From IMG/VR virus record IMGVR_UViG_3300033067_000504, positions 31,203 through 95,202 of that record: DNA of 64,000 nucleotides. The stretch is one strand, 5' to 3'. The notes beneath the pieces were generated by a model, which did no database searches, had not been told where the DNA came from, and worked only from the letters and a program-made list of their open reading frames with translations. The stretch comes from a virus (taxonomy: Duplodnaviria; Heunggongvirae; Uroviricota; Caudoviricetes). Positions 12,701 to 19,554 of this stretch are shown one piece after another. Each line of letters starts with the position of its first letter. Position 1 is the first letter of the stretch. Position numbers and translations under genes: made by a program.

Positions 12701-15126
12701 TTAACAAGTTTACCAGAGTTATTGTCATACCACTCCTGTATAACTGCAGCTCCAGTTGCATCTAACTTTGTTTCAAACTTATTACCATTCCAAGTACCAG
12801 CTAGTTCTTTAAGATATACTGAAGCTTGGTTTGCAGTCTTTAGTTCTGTATTAGCTATTTTGTCCTGTGTTTTCTTAGAATCAGGTATTGCTTTCTCTTC
12901 TTGATCTTGCTCTTTTTCTACTTTAGCAAATATTTGAGCAGCTACTTCAGGACCAAACATTCTGGCACTTTCTTCTCTGGTTAATCCATTAATTACTTCT
13001 GGATCAGTTTCTGGTAGGTTAGAATCCTCCAAGAATGTCTCATCAGGCATAGGAGGTCCATTCTCAATATAGTCAGGAGGCCTAGCAATCAGATCTTCAG
13101 AATCTAATGCAGGAGGCCCATCGTTTGTAGCCTCAAGTGTATCTTCAAGAGCTTGTTGTACACTTGTTTTAACTTGTTTCTTATTTTCATCTTGCTTAGC
13201 CTTCTTTATCTCATCAAATCTAGCTGCAATCTTAGCTTTAGTTTCTGGACTAGAAGCTTTCTTTTCCATTTCCATTAATTCAGGAACTGAAGCTTTAGGT
13301 AGTTTAGCTTCTATACCTTTATCAATAGCTTTTTGAGTATAAGCCTTTAACCCTTCAGGAGTAGTTAAACTAACTAAATCCTTTTTGATTGCTTGCATCT
13401 TCTCGTCTGTAGAAGCTAATTGAAAAGCTTTCTTAAACATATCAGCATCCTTACTGGTATGTAGTATTGTATTTACGTCCTGATCAGGGAATGCAATAGA
13501 AGCCTGCATCTGTAGTGCTGTAGTAAGTTCTGCTGCTTTAGCTACAAATTGAGGATTAGTTTCAGCTAGTTTAGCATAACCAGCAGCACTAATTTGAAGA
13601 TCCTTTATTGCAACAGCTTCAGAAGATAATTCCTTAGCTTTAATTGCTTCCTGTTTTAGATCATTTAACTCTCTAGTTAGATCATCATTTAATCTGGTTA
13701 AATGACGTTGTTCCAGTTTAGTAGCTAATACAGCTGTGTGTATTTCTCCAGGTAAATTAGAGTTCTTTAGTTTAGCTTGTTCATCTTGTAGGAATTGTGC
13801 GTCCTCTACGTATTTACGTATATTAGCCTTAGCTTCTGGTGAAGCTTTAGGATCTTTTTCTAATTGTTCTAGGTCTGCTTTGTATTGTGGTAACTTCCCT
13901 GTAGCTATTTTTTGAAAAGCTAATTCAGTAAATGTTAAGTCATCTAATTTCTTAGATGTACCTGTATCACTAGTATAATTAGCATTTTCTTTTTGAATAC
14001 CTCTTTTAGTTACTTTATCTGTTTGTTTCTTTAATACTTCAGAAATTTTAGGTTGAGTGGGTGACTCAGTGCTTTCTTTATCCTTTTCTTCTGCAGCTAT
14101 ACCAGCTCCAGCAAATACAGCCCCACCTACGCCGCCTAAGAAAGCTGATGCTTGAAACTCTGGATCTTGTACGTAGTCAGATAATCTTTTACCAAAACCT
14201 CTACCAAAGAATTCAGTCTCAGCTGTTGCTGAGGAGTAGGCCTCTTCTGCTGTTACAAACTGTCCAGCCTCTTCTAGTGATTCAGATCCTATAGTTTTAG
14301 CTATCTCTCCAATACTTCTACCCATTACACCTTTTGATGCAGTAGTAAACCCTTTTAGTAAAGAGTTGTACTGCATGAAATCCATAGCAGAGAATACCCA
14401 GTTAGTATTCCATGTTTTAGATGCTGCTTCTCCTGCTTTTTGTCTGGCTATTTCATCAGACATTGTAGGATCTTCTTTTAGCTTAGCATAAGTCTTCTCA
14501 AATACCTGATTAGCCTCCATTGTAGACTCAGCGTATCTTGAAGCAAATGTTGCAGCTACACTACCTGCAGTTTTAGTTGCAGTTGCTCCTAAGTTTGCAA
14601 GTTTAGCAAATTTACTTGCTACACCCGCAGCACCCATAGCTGGAACCATTAATGATAGTGCTGTACCAATTGTAGATGGAGCATTCTTAGCCCACCAAGT
14701 TGCATCACCAGGAGCAAATCCTTCCTGAGCATCATCTGTTTGATAAACCTTAGTAGCATCCTGTACTTTAGCTTTTGCCTCTTTCATAGCATCAGCTAAC
14801 CAGTTAGTATACTCTTGTTCATCACCTTGAAGCTTTTGTACAGCTTGTTCCCAGTCTAATAAATAAGAAGCTCCTTCTATTGTTCCTAAAGTAGCTTCAG
14901 AGATTGTTTGTACTGCAGCTTTACCAAGTAATCCCCATTTGGATTGATTTGTAGCAATGTAGTTTTCTACATTACTATCAAATGGTAACGCATAATCCTG
15001 AAGGCTGGTATCTTCTGATTTAGTCTCTGCTGGGTAAGCATCATCTTTTGTTACTTGCATTGCTGCAGGTGTAATCTTGTACTTACTCTCCCCAGGAGTT
15101 TCTATATATCCACCTAATTTGTACAT
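727..15126 (-). CDS. giant 4799-aa virion-associated multidomain protein, candidate crAss-like virion RNA polymerase fused to a zincin-like domain
   Basis: Uninterrupted 14.4-kb ORF at the distal end of the tail-gene block, which is where crAss-like phages place their giant RNAP/cargo ORFs. It contains GFDFDVDKSS (DNA ~6448-6462) resembling the Asp-triad loop of DPBB RNAPs, and YVILHELTHAF (DNA ~3987-4007), an HExxH zincin motif with a Glu ~19 aa downstream. The N-terminus is Gly/Ala-rich with coiled-coil segments. Confidence 0.6.
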   Translation of the reverse strand: MYKLGGYIETPGESKYKITPAAMQVTKDDAYPAETKSEDTSLQDYALPFDSNVENYIATNQSKWGLLGKAAVQTISEATLGTIEGASYLLDWEQAVQKLQGDEQEYTNWLADAMKEAKAKVQDATKVYQTDDAQEGFAPGDATWWAKNAPSTIGTALSLMVPAMGAAGVASKFAKLANLGATATKTAGSVAATFASRYAESTMEANQVFEKTYAKLKEDPTMSDEIARQKAGEAASKTWNTNWVFSAMDFMQYNSLLKGFTTASKGVMGRSIGEIAKTIGSESLEEAGQFVTAEEAYSSATAETEFFGRGFGKRLSDYVQDPEFQASAFLGGVGGAVFAGAGIAAEEKDKESTESPTQPKISEVLKKQTDKVTKRGIQKENANYTSDTGTSKKLDDLTFTELAFQKIATGKLPQYKADLEQLEKDPKASPEAKANIRKYVEDAQFLQDEQAKLKNSNLPGEIHTAVLATKLEQRHLTRLNDDLTRELNDLKQEAIKAKELSSEAVAIKDLQISAAGYAKLAETNPQFVAKAAELTTALQMQASIAFPDQDVNTILHTSKDADMFKKAFQLASTDEKMQAIKKDLVSLTTPEGLKAYTQKAIDKGIEAKLPKASVPELMEMEKKASSPETKAKIAARFDEIKKAKQDENKKQVKTSVQQALEDTLEATNDGPPALDSEDLIARPPDYIENGPPMPDETFLEDSNLPETDPEVINGLTREESARMFGPEVAAQIFAKVEKEQDQEEKAIPDSKKTQDKIANTELKTANQASVYLKELAGTWNGNKFETKLDATGAAVIQEWYDNNSGKLVNPTEVFASDKHGNLLINTPMIQPGMKVTLKVENDFPFTITPGFKPTSQDNFVINAYVEGHSKPVFQLPSADNKHLEDNKKGNAKLVEQLRKKVIAAGKLETTISDKSFGDVRKSDVSNSLEVLQFDYYQDENNNWKLGKLEHNPILGIYVGGLKLPNVESMKGMSKNEFERLKTLDTSLFAKEPQPGQTVVLRTNSKGDLKVIPLDNRQLDANEKGWVKSNIVKLLSNGQIETLREVLNIPNKGVGVLKKGEIQKLKRDKFYFIDFKGKELDEVLMPYKYGWARLTIKQLDDLMNKRPVAGLNLLSKTGVPFKDTNPKDRYNVTPETTTVLYSAIDTILDHSFKNVKKTNINSELPYTDPVTGTTYNSYFEYATATNSLQTKLLGAKNQGVGNESGFSIHNATVSLDPNPSQIVVDEVAPNELVIKNVPEVSKPTDQKKTKGKRSLSDLYGKTREVSLGKKLVNFNQILDSNPLAADVIEKLSNNRIALTGSLALSVQGSIYRDAQYGVHDLDFITNQLSSTDASKLMSETYPNAIKVYDFDSNGYKTLTFIVPAPGTKVADIRKSSKGRILSYNLVEDTSSPLPSIVGTYQFNDSKESFTGERGILVDIFIDPKERDLVSYQYNYSGKTRPLLISSHNDIFKTKLDIGRAKDKEDYSTYDLTEFGKHAFKVITPRELQWFKDTIGEEFLSIAKGVDRIIANGGIEAFGVYHNALVTIADYAETGTAYHEAFHFVFDNLLSPRQQQGVLKYGTEEQLAEDFRAYMLSGGKVKPKKLEVKNFFARLWQAIQNLLGLRSPIERLFKEIATTRLTAEQKANIAASIKDQDPSFRLLPGQVNSKQQNEIIAATTQEVVNIAREWAVKANLEFEDLFTQQGVIDKLFAEVKNKFLKDYDRIVAIPEDDRVDEDEYRRQIYISMGIIDPSKVEEDEKELIGQWEDIGTDLQVETGFKTEVLKNFAKWGFTVKLKDGTEYSVPEDGEDSSTDEIQELKAQDEGERIYDLDHTLVSPAKSLTQRIKSFLSTIPEPVISDKGEIVYNEDGTQRVKTTVLGSPQIIDFRKAFRNLTGKIADHGTPLTRLEELSKLDPISKAIYDALSKEVASGNQRLLAEFNTKLNLVRHPYVTFLYGRDKQGTPIAKVIAADRADLQRTIVNKWREGAVKRNFIKSDGTVVTTKAEHLLKKLLEAKSLITSTTPYADVEKQFKGVLKEIGIELAPQTWIEMSNKRGAPKTIRDMLFLEKSSSLLDFLQEAVKGEKDPFENLSKLSVLNRLAAVEKSYIDDVRADVFLNEAGNQVNSINTPSYIAEFINDLHNNGAEKAAFYLQDKFYQGNAFIDLWKHDKTASRVNFYLPSAMRKDEGKAKEFGDRTTTDSYLMRLIGFHNGGANEGFVSVGTLSDKSKQVFLTLPKHVGKNAESFLRKVMRNTVDNEISRIKRIKAGLPVDLSTYQDRGQKFVYLPELNNIQGITDSVSDGEVKPADLDRINKEIDQVITKFIDTNYAQFVSDLINEGVIKRNKEGKLENVEISPAILQGKEINTLLQEFFYNDIAWRTEMSKVFHGDMALYKDDDAYYKRGYQIVTPGLKAWDNPEKPLKLIRAIFQRIIKTNSDEYLLSLAQLIDPSVKSLKETGKSAVKQALKYKKVNKTDAQSLCTVHAWKNIMERFGAWTKDHQRVYDFAWGKNLTISEAIKANGYNPEQAKEMRGLAAKVVLQPFKPFQISDRVLDTPTGKMILKEQFKDSISPLIPDFAKKHNNQEGGYGSLLTYMTQHNIDIISSDDAVKVGAYGVITDFSVPPTSIQSREVSINDIRFPQIIPDKVKTEVTMLTQFWKLLPGNIDPKTKYSVGNKELTGEQVMEQLNELWAERTATSSKELQNKLGLDSTWKLSEDKAKRKDQLFKLKTLLQSELMSRDLNDNYHDSLQLILRNIDRPEFTLQLGFPMLGRKFLSVLTNLFKKNILKQKEPGYSMINLADFGISNKEQNSNLSFIRNNKGEIEEAEIGMPIEFFSQIKLNWIEDVDPITNKIKWEKLNQQQKEALQMIMVRIPTSNKSSMMPVRVAMILPKAMGSVVMVPGEGTTQMGFDFDVDKSSLIKRVLDKEGKIDKESIDTKLFDLAWSILTNKAHAEELLTPLAAPTLEEKVEEYSKLPDPLGSGNIVNTTNKGYVLSTVTDVRMERQNKQAKSGIGIASRFNTGHAMMQALKDFITVPGIRINTSNYKFNKVGGVLDNEGNLISNNHAQLQHAELDGAKDPLLAKLNVPPVLLPLAGYMVDVGMSLSLTMDFLNQPIIREWLRMYGISGGTNIYTATAKLLEEYPQIKAAVDDFRTGEEKKGKYITIPEIKEGLTIPISQNVVNQAKIFDDFTNYLNHAQLVSDLNTVLSIDTFQDMTGIEAIESFSAKVAKVTNQDSPVSISKRVFDLATAPPQAKRLAAFYKYSLNDAISLTSQFYPYFSNSYRDIKNTYANAAGIANLTDKDTLIKLNQFTDFYVLEGKNLLRPTLDKVSPNYTSRWSFFDNEKTIWRHLQSVVEKYPGLKDNALIKGIESIPTNRRDGIPMIGVVNTNSNLDKTQMIQGWWDMMTSPNEAVRILAGDLIRFAIYTSGFGYNTKSFIDLVPVQFWVQNGIAENHRVVLEGMYTTDESGQSATQLNSLGVVRSFIRHNFADLDIPEVFYYESKDGDTKTNLKNVKKTFTTGQQLDSFVVSDDDRTFNGRNSTETMPQFVKLWDYDSRRYRLYEASPSKPSRQETLYKEVQPLGEAGNFFEVSPNGDNKSYLDRNKDSGKPTPFGTGKSIDMPLNGGSVGTNKYVATYIPGHKTTPEVALQRIVERETNVRSKQLASVLLNNADKINSDLFAEALEPRIVDGKSYGRVGTYRMFESGNTKIIINNEANIKSDSAQRYVILHELTHAFISGVIAHPQTEREINFKRNMERLWEKAKKLDPKNKQIYNLQEFVAELASNAAFRDRLKSGGLWSTLLRLVRKVLGLPSEFDQALDEMYSIINETEQLQRISASDFDLLMENEKKTPSQRKRLDIIERVMSSLKAREERLRVFGQKEQADLLKKDIDVLKQLSGVKRNQFIVKFLAIVGKEVDALNKTVERLSAVDPANVNTGVLLAAKEQLDSYSVLDQIRLELRKNPEAFAPVKEAVPALLKQFEELFNTIKDRKEDIRNITINRVATVIKQKSNNPDLKIAEIKDRLEVADRDISWTNRLFDPLADSSDEALATLDKLIKHAFSEGSRLTNQDLYTKEPKEVTVEYKHYNEKNKKIGKDGFKYKAVGLFKALQDFEAWTGKKDTIADKFKAIIDTETLQNNSNGVSFISPISPRGKEILAIKEGSKDYPLRQFYENFVLGYLKSQEAIHLPSMRPGLRIPTIQRSLMEGILAEKGLGKLDVLKQEAIDTIRRRYDETDFRAVDENGKPQDYIPIRFISRQDGKDGRLSTREVSLDIATTVGIFMNEMHTYKQLEKIVADAELIKSALEQRELVKEGNRVEGHGLTGFLTRERKAITDPESGLMQTIKGSESNAYKAAETGIRRLIYGQFKKDAGQAKVFGQNIDIRKSVDSFMKFTGLRILFGNLAIPLTNLGMGHLTMAKEAIGGNLISMSNWKAGQAFYGKVLKDAILDLGNREKKTKFGRVYTYFNPADNQRPVDHIGIDTTKMRTVLPHLTRGLSESTEFNLSSVALGAVFDRFKAANSEGKEVSLYDAIEVSMDGKISLSKGYKYKSKSTLEGKDIDEVRDYALRLYQNMNGVYNKLDSSAIKETVAGSLIMFMRNWLAPGIATRYRLRHFDERLQQENEGHYISALVLFNNYFHPDNGFVKGTLDSLKTMLWMEATDPESLLLPNELGLPEEKKQQIINMRKANVRKTIFELYVIAGLSVLMFAGFDDDDQDSYALYMLARMRREMMTFISPSTAWDVLRSPSVAINTIDAMNKALYSTVNAAGALLTGEELKVMEQGKGKGLTEVWYRTRALTPLGQLDQFDELDTSVRLITKGWR

Positions 15127-15127
15127 A

Positions 15128-17086
15128 TTAATCTTGTATAAAATCGTTAGCCACTTGATTCACACTGAAGTATATTCTCTCTTCTTTTTCACCAGGAACT
15201 TTAACAGTAAAGATTTTATCGTACTGTCTGGCAAGCTCTTTCTGAGTTATTACTGAGCCATTTGGTAACGTTATTGGTGTATCTGGTAACTTATTAATTA
15301 ATTCTTCCCTTTGTCTTCCAACGTGTTCTTGAGCCTCTAACTCAAAAGCTTTTTCTCTACCTGCACCATTATATAGTGTAATAGGTACTGATACCTTATA
15401 TCCAGGTTTAGAACTTACTGCTCCATAAAACTGATTAGCAAATTCTGCACGTAAGTGTGGTTTAGCCTTAAGTTCTCCATCTGATTTTGTTACAACGTAC
15501 TGTTTAGCTTTACCATCCTTATTTACATGTTGTACAACGTAACCATCTACGAACTCTGGTCCTGCAGCTCTTGCTATTGGTCCTAGAGGATTTAGGTTAC
15601 CTGTTATCTTTACATCTTCAGGTTTGGCAGCTAAAAATTCATTGTAATCATCTCTTGTCTGTTGATCGCTATCCTGTGTAGTATTTCCTTCCTGATCTGG
15701 TATACTATAAATCTTTCTTCTTGTAATATTATTCATTACCTCCTTAGTTGTTTGTTCTACCAAAGAAGGATCAAACGTAAACATAGACTGATTTTGCATT
15801 CTGGCATTAACCCAATCTCTGTACTTTTGGGCATTTGCTATTGCAGCTTTTTTATTAGTTTTAGCATCTGCTCTTTCTAGTCCTAATGCATCACTAGCAA
15901 CATCAGATTCTGTTTGTAGTTTGGATAAGTAATCCTGATAAGCTTTGTAATCCTCGTTATAACGTTCTTGCTGCTTTGCGAAGGTATTATCATTATTAGT
16001 GAATCCATTAAAGGTTTGTTTAGAACCTCCAGATCCTGGACCAGCAACACCTAGTCCATACTGCACTTTATTTACTTGTTCAGGCGGTCTTGGTTCAGAT
16101 TGATCAAGATCAAAATCAAATTTAACGTCACCTACTTTTTGTGCTCCAATAGCTTCCTCACCAATAAAGTTATCAGCAGTTGGTTTACCTGGCTTGTTTA
16201 GTCCGCCAAGTCTTGGTATAGCTTTAGTATCCACATCAGTTTGTAGGTAAGTATACAACTTAGCGTACTTCATCAGTTCTTCCTTGATCTGCTCATCACT
16301 TTTACCAAATCCATCACCAAGGTTCTTGTTCTTTTGTTGACTATATGAGTCCATATTTCTATAAGAACTCATTAGTTCATCTTCTAAACTTTTCAATTTT
16401 TGTTTAGTAACTCCTTGTGCTTGTATTTGTGTTAAGAATAAAGGCATATCAATGTCTCCATTTCTATAAGCTTGTAGTAATGTCTTAACACTATTAGCTT
16501 TATCTGGAGCTAGTCCTTGAGCTAACCACTTATCAGGTTTAATCTTTTCAAGCAACTGTTCCCAATCTTTAGTAGGATCTTTATAGGGTTGTACTTCTGC
16601 TGCGTATGGAGTATTATAAATTGGATCATCTACAGAAGCATTTTCTAAATAAGTTCTTCTTTCCTGATCATAGACTGGTGTGTGACCCTGAGCCATTAAA
16701 GCATCTCTAAGTTCAGTTTGTTTTCTATGCTCTTTAGCTCTTAACCCAGCATTGAGGATACCTTGGTCTCCTTTTAATGCGTTAGCTAAAGCCATTATTC
16801 TAGCAGTAGAATTTTCTCCACCAGATTTAGCCATTTCGTCAATAGCTTCACCCAGAGCACCTATGTGTTTGTCCACATGGGATTTTGCTCCAGGTAAAAG
16901 CTCAGACTTTAATTGGTTTGCTAGTATTTCTAGCTGACTTGCGTTGGCTAGATTGCCATAATGTCTTGTGGATAAGACATCCGCAGTTTCTTGTAGTTCC
17001 TTTAATGGAGCACCAGCGTATTGTGGTATGTACTGTCCATTATTTAATTGTAGGTCAGAATATAGTCCCATAGGGTGTAAAACCAA
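15128..17086 (-). CDS. structural (tail/ejection) protein, 652 aa
   Basis: Tightly coupled upstream of the giant ORF (stop/start abut); no recognisable catalytic motif. Confidence 0.5.
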   Translation of the reverse strand: MVLHPMGLYSDLQLNNGQYIPQYAGAPLKELQETADVLSTRHYGNLANASQLEILANQLKSELLPGAKSHVDKHIGALGEAIDEMAKSGGENSTARIMALANALKGDQGILNAGLRAKEHRKQTELRDALMAQGHTPVYDQERRTYLENASVDDPIYNTPYAAEVQPYKDPTKDWEQLLEKIKPDKWLAQGLAPDKANSVKTLLQAYRNGDIDMPLFLTQIQAQGVTKQKLKSLEDELMSSYRNMDSYSQQKNKNLGDGFGKSDEQIKEELMKYAKLYTYLQTDVDTKAIPRLGGLNKPGKPTADNFIGEEAIGAQKVGDVKFDFDLDQSEPRPPEQVNKVQYGLGVAGPGSGGSKQTFNGFTNNDNTFAKQQERYNEDYKAYQDYLSKLQTESDVASDALGLERADAKTNKKAAIANAQKYRDWVNARMQNQSMFTFDPSLVEQTTKEVMNNITRRKIYSIPDQEGNTTQDSDQQTRDDYNEFLAAKPEDVKITGNLNPLGPIARAAGPEFVDGYVVQHVNKDGKAKQYVVTKSDGELKAKPHLRAEFANQFYGAVSSKPGYKVSVPITLYNGAGREKAFELEAQEHVGRQREELINKLPDTPITLPNGSVITQKELARQYDKIFTVKVPGEKEERIYFSVNQVANDFIQD

Positions 17087-17139
17087 TTTTATGTTTCACA
17101 CCAAAATTAGAAAATTCCTAGCTACAAAGCAAGAATTAC

Positions 17140-19554
17140 TTACAGTATCTTAGTAGTACGCTTCTTTATTTTGCCCCCAAACCTATTAGGAGCCTTTATA
17201 ACACCTGCATTTACAGCGTCGAACACTGTGGGGTACTTAGCCCTCATCTCTGCTGGTAGGTCACCGTATTGCTTAGAAATGATGTCGTAACGTGACTTGT
17301 CCAGCTTCATTAGGTTTCTTTCTCTTCCTTGTGTTAGAAGCTTGGTTGATAGGTTGGCTACATTGTCAGAAGTAAGTCTGGTTTTAGCATTAGAAAGTCC
17401 TACAAGTTCGTTATTGTATTCAGTTCTACGTCCAGCATTTCTAGCATTAACCCCTTGGTTCATGTAAGCTTCCTCGTTATTAACCTGATTATTTAGGTTA
17501 TTTACCTGTCCAAATACCTGATTATTTGCACCTAGTTTTCTGGATAATAAACTACCTACAGCTGAGGTGTAGTTTGCTCCTTGTGCTGTATTTCTTCTGG
17601 TTGTTTCTAAAGCACCTCTAAAATCACTAGCATTCTCAGCTAATTGAGCATTAGGGCTAAATCTCTTTAGTCTTGTAGCTGTTTCCATAGCTGGAGCATT
17701 AGGGGCTTGTAACCCGCTAGTTAAAGCCTGATTAACCATATTAGGTACAAAGGTAGATAAAGAAGTAGCTACATCATCAGGATTAACATTAAAACCAAGC
17801 TTACCACCTTTCTTCATCTTTTTAGCTGGTGTAAACTTAATATCTCTTCTTGGCCCACCTTCTGTTGTAGGTAGTTGGTGTCTACGTACAACAGAGATCT
17901 CATGACTATCTGGTGTTCCAGGAGTTACAGGTACATTGTATTCATCCAACTCCTGTAAGTTCTTACCAGGATAGTTCTTTAGCAATAATTGATCTATAGA
18001 TTCTCTTGTAACTATGTTAGCTTTACTTAAATCACTTTCAAATAATTTTGTTTCTATTGATTGTTCATTAGGTGCACTAACTAAAGTAGTATTATCTTTC
18101 TTCTCATCACCAACCTCTTCACCACCAAAAGCAAATCTCTTTTTATATGGAGTATACATCAAGGCAGGAGCTTTACTTCCTATTCTTCCACCTTTTTCCC
18201 AGTTCATCTTTTCATAACCAGTAGCACGAAGTCTAGCTATTTCTCTTTGTGTTAAAGCTTGTTCAATACCTGTTTGAGGATCTAATCTACCTCCTAATAG
18301 GTGATGCCATTTAGCTGCATTTCTTGCAAAATTAGCCATCTTACGTACGTGTGGATCTGAAGAATGTAAGGCTTCCTCTGTAGTTTTACCAGTACGTTTT
18401 TTATAAGCTGTAAACTTACCTCTATTTTCAGGTTTGATATGTATTTTACCTCCTTTAGCTAATGTGTCCTCATTGTTTAATGCTGACCAGGTGGGCAAGT
18501 CTGTGGGTGTATTTATCTTACCTCCTTTTGCAAAGGTGAATAATAACTTTTGCTTTTTAAGTCTTTTAGCTTCTTCAGCTGTTCCAACAGGTACAACATC
18601 ACTAGTAACATCAGGTAATATTACTGAGTTATTATAATTAGCGGTTCTTGGTAATTTTGATAGTCCACCACCAATACGTCCACCAAATTTCAAAGAAGCT
18701 AATCTTCCTCTGGTTGATCTTTTACCATTACTTACAACAGCAGGATTAGCAACTGTAGATGGTTGTCTATAGTTATCAAACATTGCTGGCTCATGTAATA
18801 CAGAATTATGAAAAGGACTGGTTATACCAGTTATGATACCGCCTCTTGCTTTCTTTGGTTTACCCATTGCTTGTTCTTCATTTTTAGAAGATTCCTGATA
18901 TGCAAACAACTCATCCAGCTTTTGATCTATTCTTTGATTGGCTGATTTGAATCTTGTTTCGTAATCTTCTGCTTTTTGTTTCTCTAACCTTTTAGCCTCT
19001 TTAGCAACACTTTTACCATTAGGTAAGAATACTGAATCTGAGAATACTCTATTCTTTCTGTCTATAATCTCACTATCATCAACGTAAGCATCTTTTAGCT
19101 CTACTGAATCAGTTTGATTAGGATTGTTAGCATTAACCTCTACAGCATCATCAGAAATAGGTGTTAAACTACCTCCCTGTACTGCATCTAGTTGTTTAGC
19201 TAATAGTACTCCACCATGCTTAAATGCGTTACCTGCATTATTAAGTAAGTTCTTGTCAACACTATAAGTTATTGCTGCTTTTCTTTGCTCTTTAAGTTCT
19301 TGAGCTTTTTTAGCATTAAGTACACTAGCTGTTCCGCCTATTATAGCTCCTGCTGCTGCTCCCCAAGGCCCAAGTGCTGCACCTGCAGATGCTCCCTGTA
19401 ATGCGCCACCTACACCCTGTCCTACCTCACTTGTTTCTGGGGTTAAGGAGGACAATGTATTTCCAGCAAGATTACCTAATCTTGAGTATTGACTCAAATT
19501 GTCACCTAAAGCTAGTTTAGGCTTTCTTGATTTTGTTTTCTTACTTCGTTGCAT
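17140..19554 (-). CDS. structural protein, 804 aa, with a Gly/Ala-rich segment
   Basis: ORF with the GQGVGGALQGASAGAALGPWGAAAGAIIGG segment near its N-terminus; sits in the tail module. Confidence 0.5.
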   Translation of the reverse strand: MQRSKKTKSRKPKLALGDNLSQYSRLGNLAGNTLSSLTPETSEVGQGVGGALQGASAGAALGPWGAAAGAIIGGTASVLNAKKAQELKEQRKAAITYSVDKNLLNNAGNAFKHGGVLLAKQLDAVQGGSLTPISDDAVEVNANNPNQTDSVELKDAYVDDSEIIDRKNRVFSDSVFLPNGKSVAKEAKRLEKQKAEDYETRFKSANQRIDQKLDELFAYQESSKNEEQAMGKPKKARGGIITGITSPFHNSVLHEPAMFDNYRQPSTVANPAVVSNGKRSTRGRLASLKFGGRIGGGLSKLPRTANYNNSVILPDVTSDVVPVGTAEEAKRLKKQKLLFTFAKGGKINTPTDLPTWSALNNEDTLAKGGKIHIKPENRGKFTAYKKRTGKTTEEALHSSDPHVRKMANFARNAAKWHHLLGGRLDPQTGIEQALTQREIARLRATGYEKMNWEKGGRIGSKAPALMYTPYKKRFAFGGEEVGDEKKDNTTLVSAPNEQSIETKLFESDLSKANIVTRESIDQLLLKNYPGKNLQELDEYNVPVTPGTPDSHEISVVRRHQLPTTEGGPRRDIKFTPAKKMKKGGKLGFNVNPDDVATSLSTFVPNMVNQALTSGLQAPNAPAMETATRLKRFSPNAQLAENASDFRGALETTRRNTAQGANYTSAVGSLLSRKLGANNQVFGQVNNLNNQVNNEEAYMNQGVNARNAGRRTEYNNELVGLSNAKTRLTSDNVANLSTKLLTQGRERNLMKLDKSRYDIISKQYGDLPAEMRAKYPTVFDAVNAGVIKAPNRFGGKIKKRTTKIL

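Noticed and set aside
2732-14294. Plus-strand ORFs inside the giant minus-strand gene (2732-2935, 2939-3346, 3383-3742, 9812-10027, 11924-12259, 12650-12904, 14061-14294) and 4335-4532 (-)
   Set aside because: Ser/Leu/Phe-rich low-complexity translations typical of antisense frames of AT-rich coding DNA. They are fully nested in a 14.4-kb continuous ORF.
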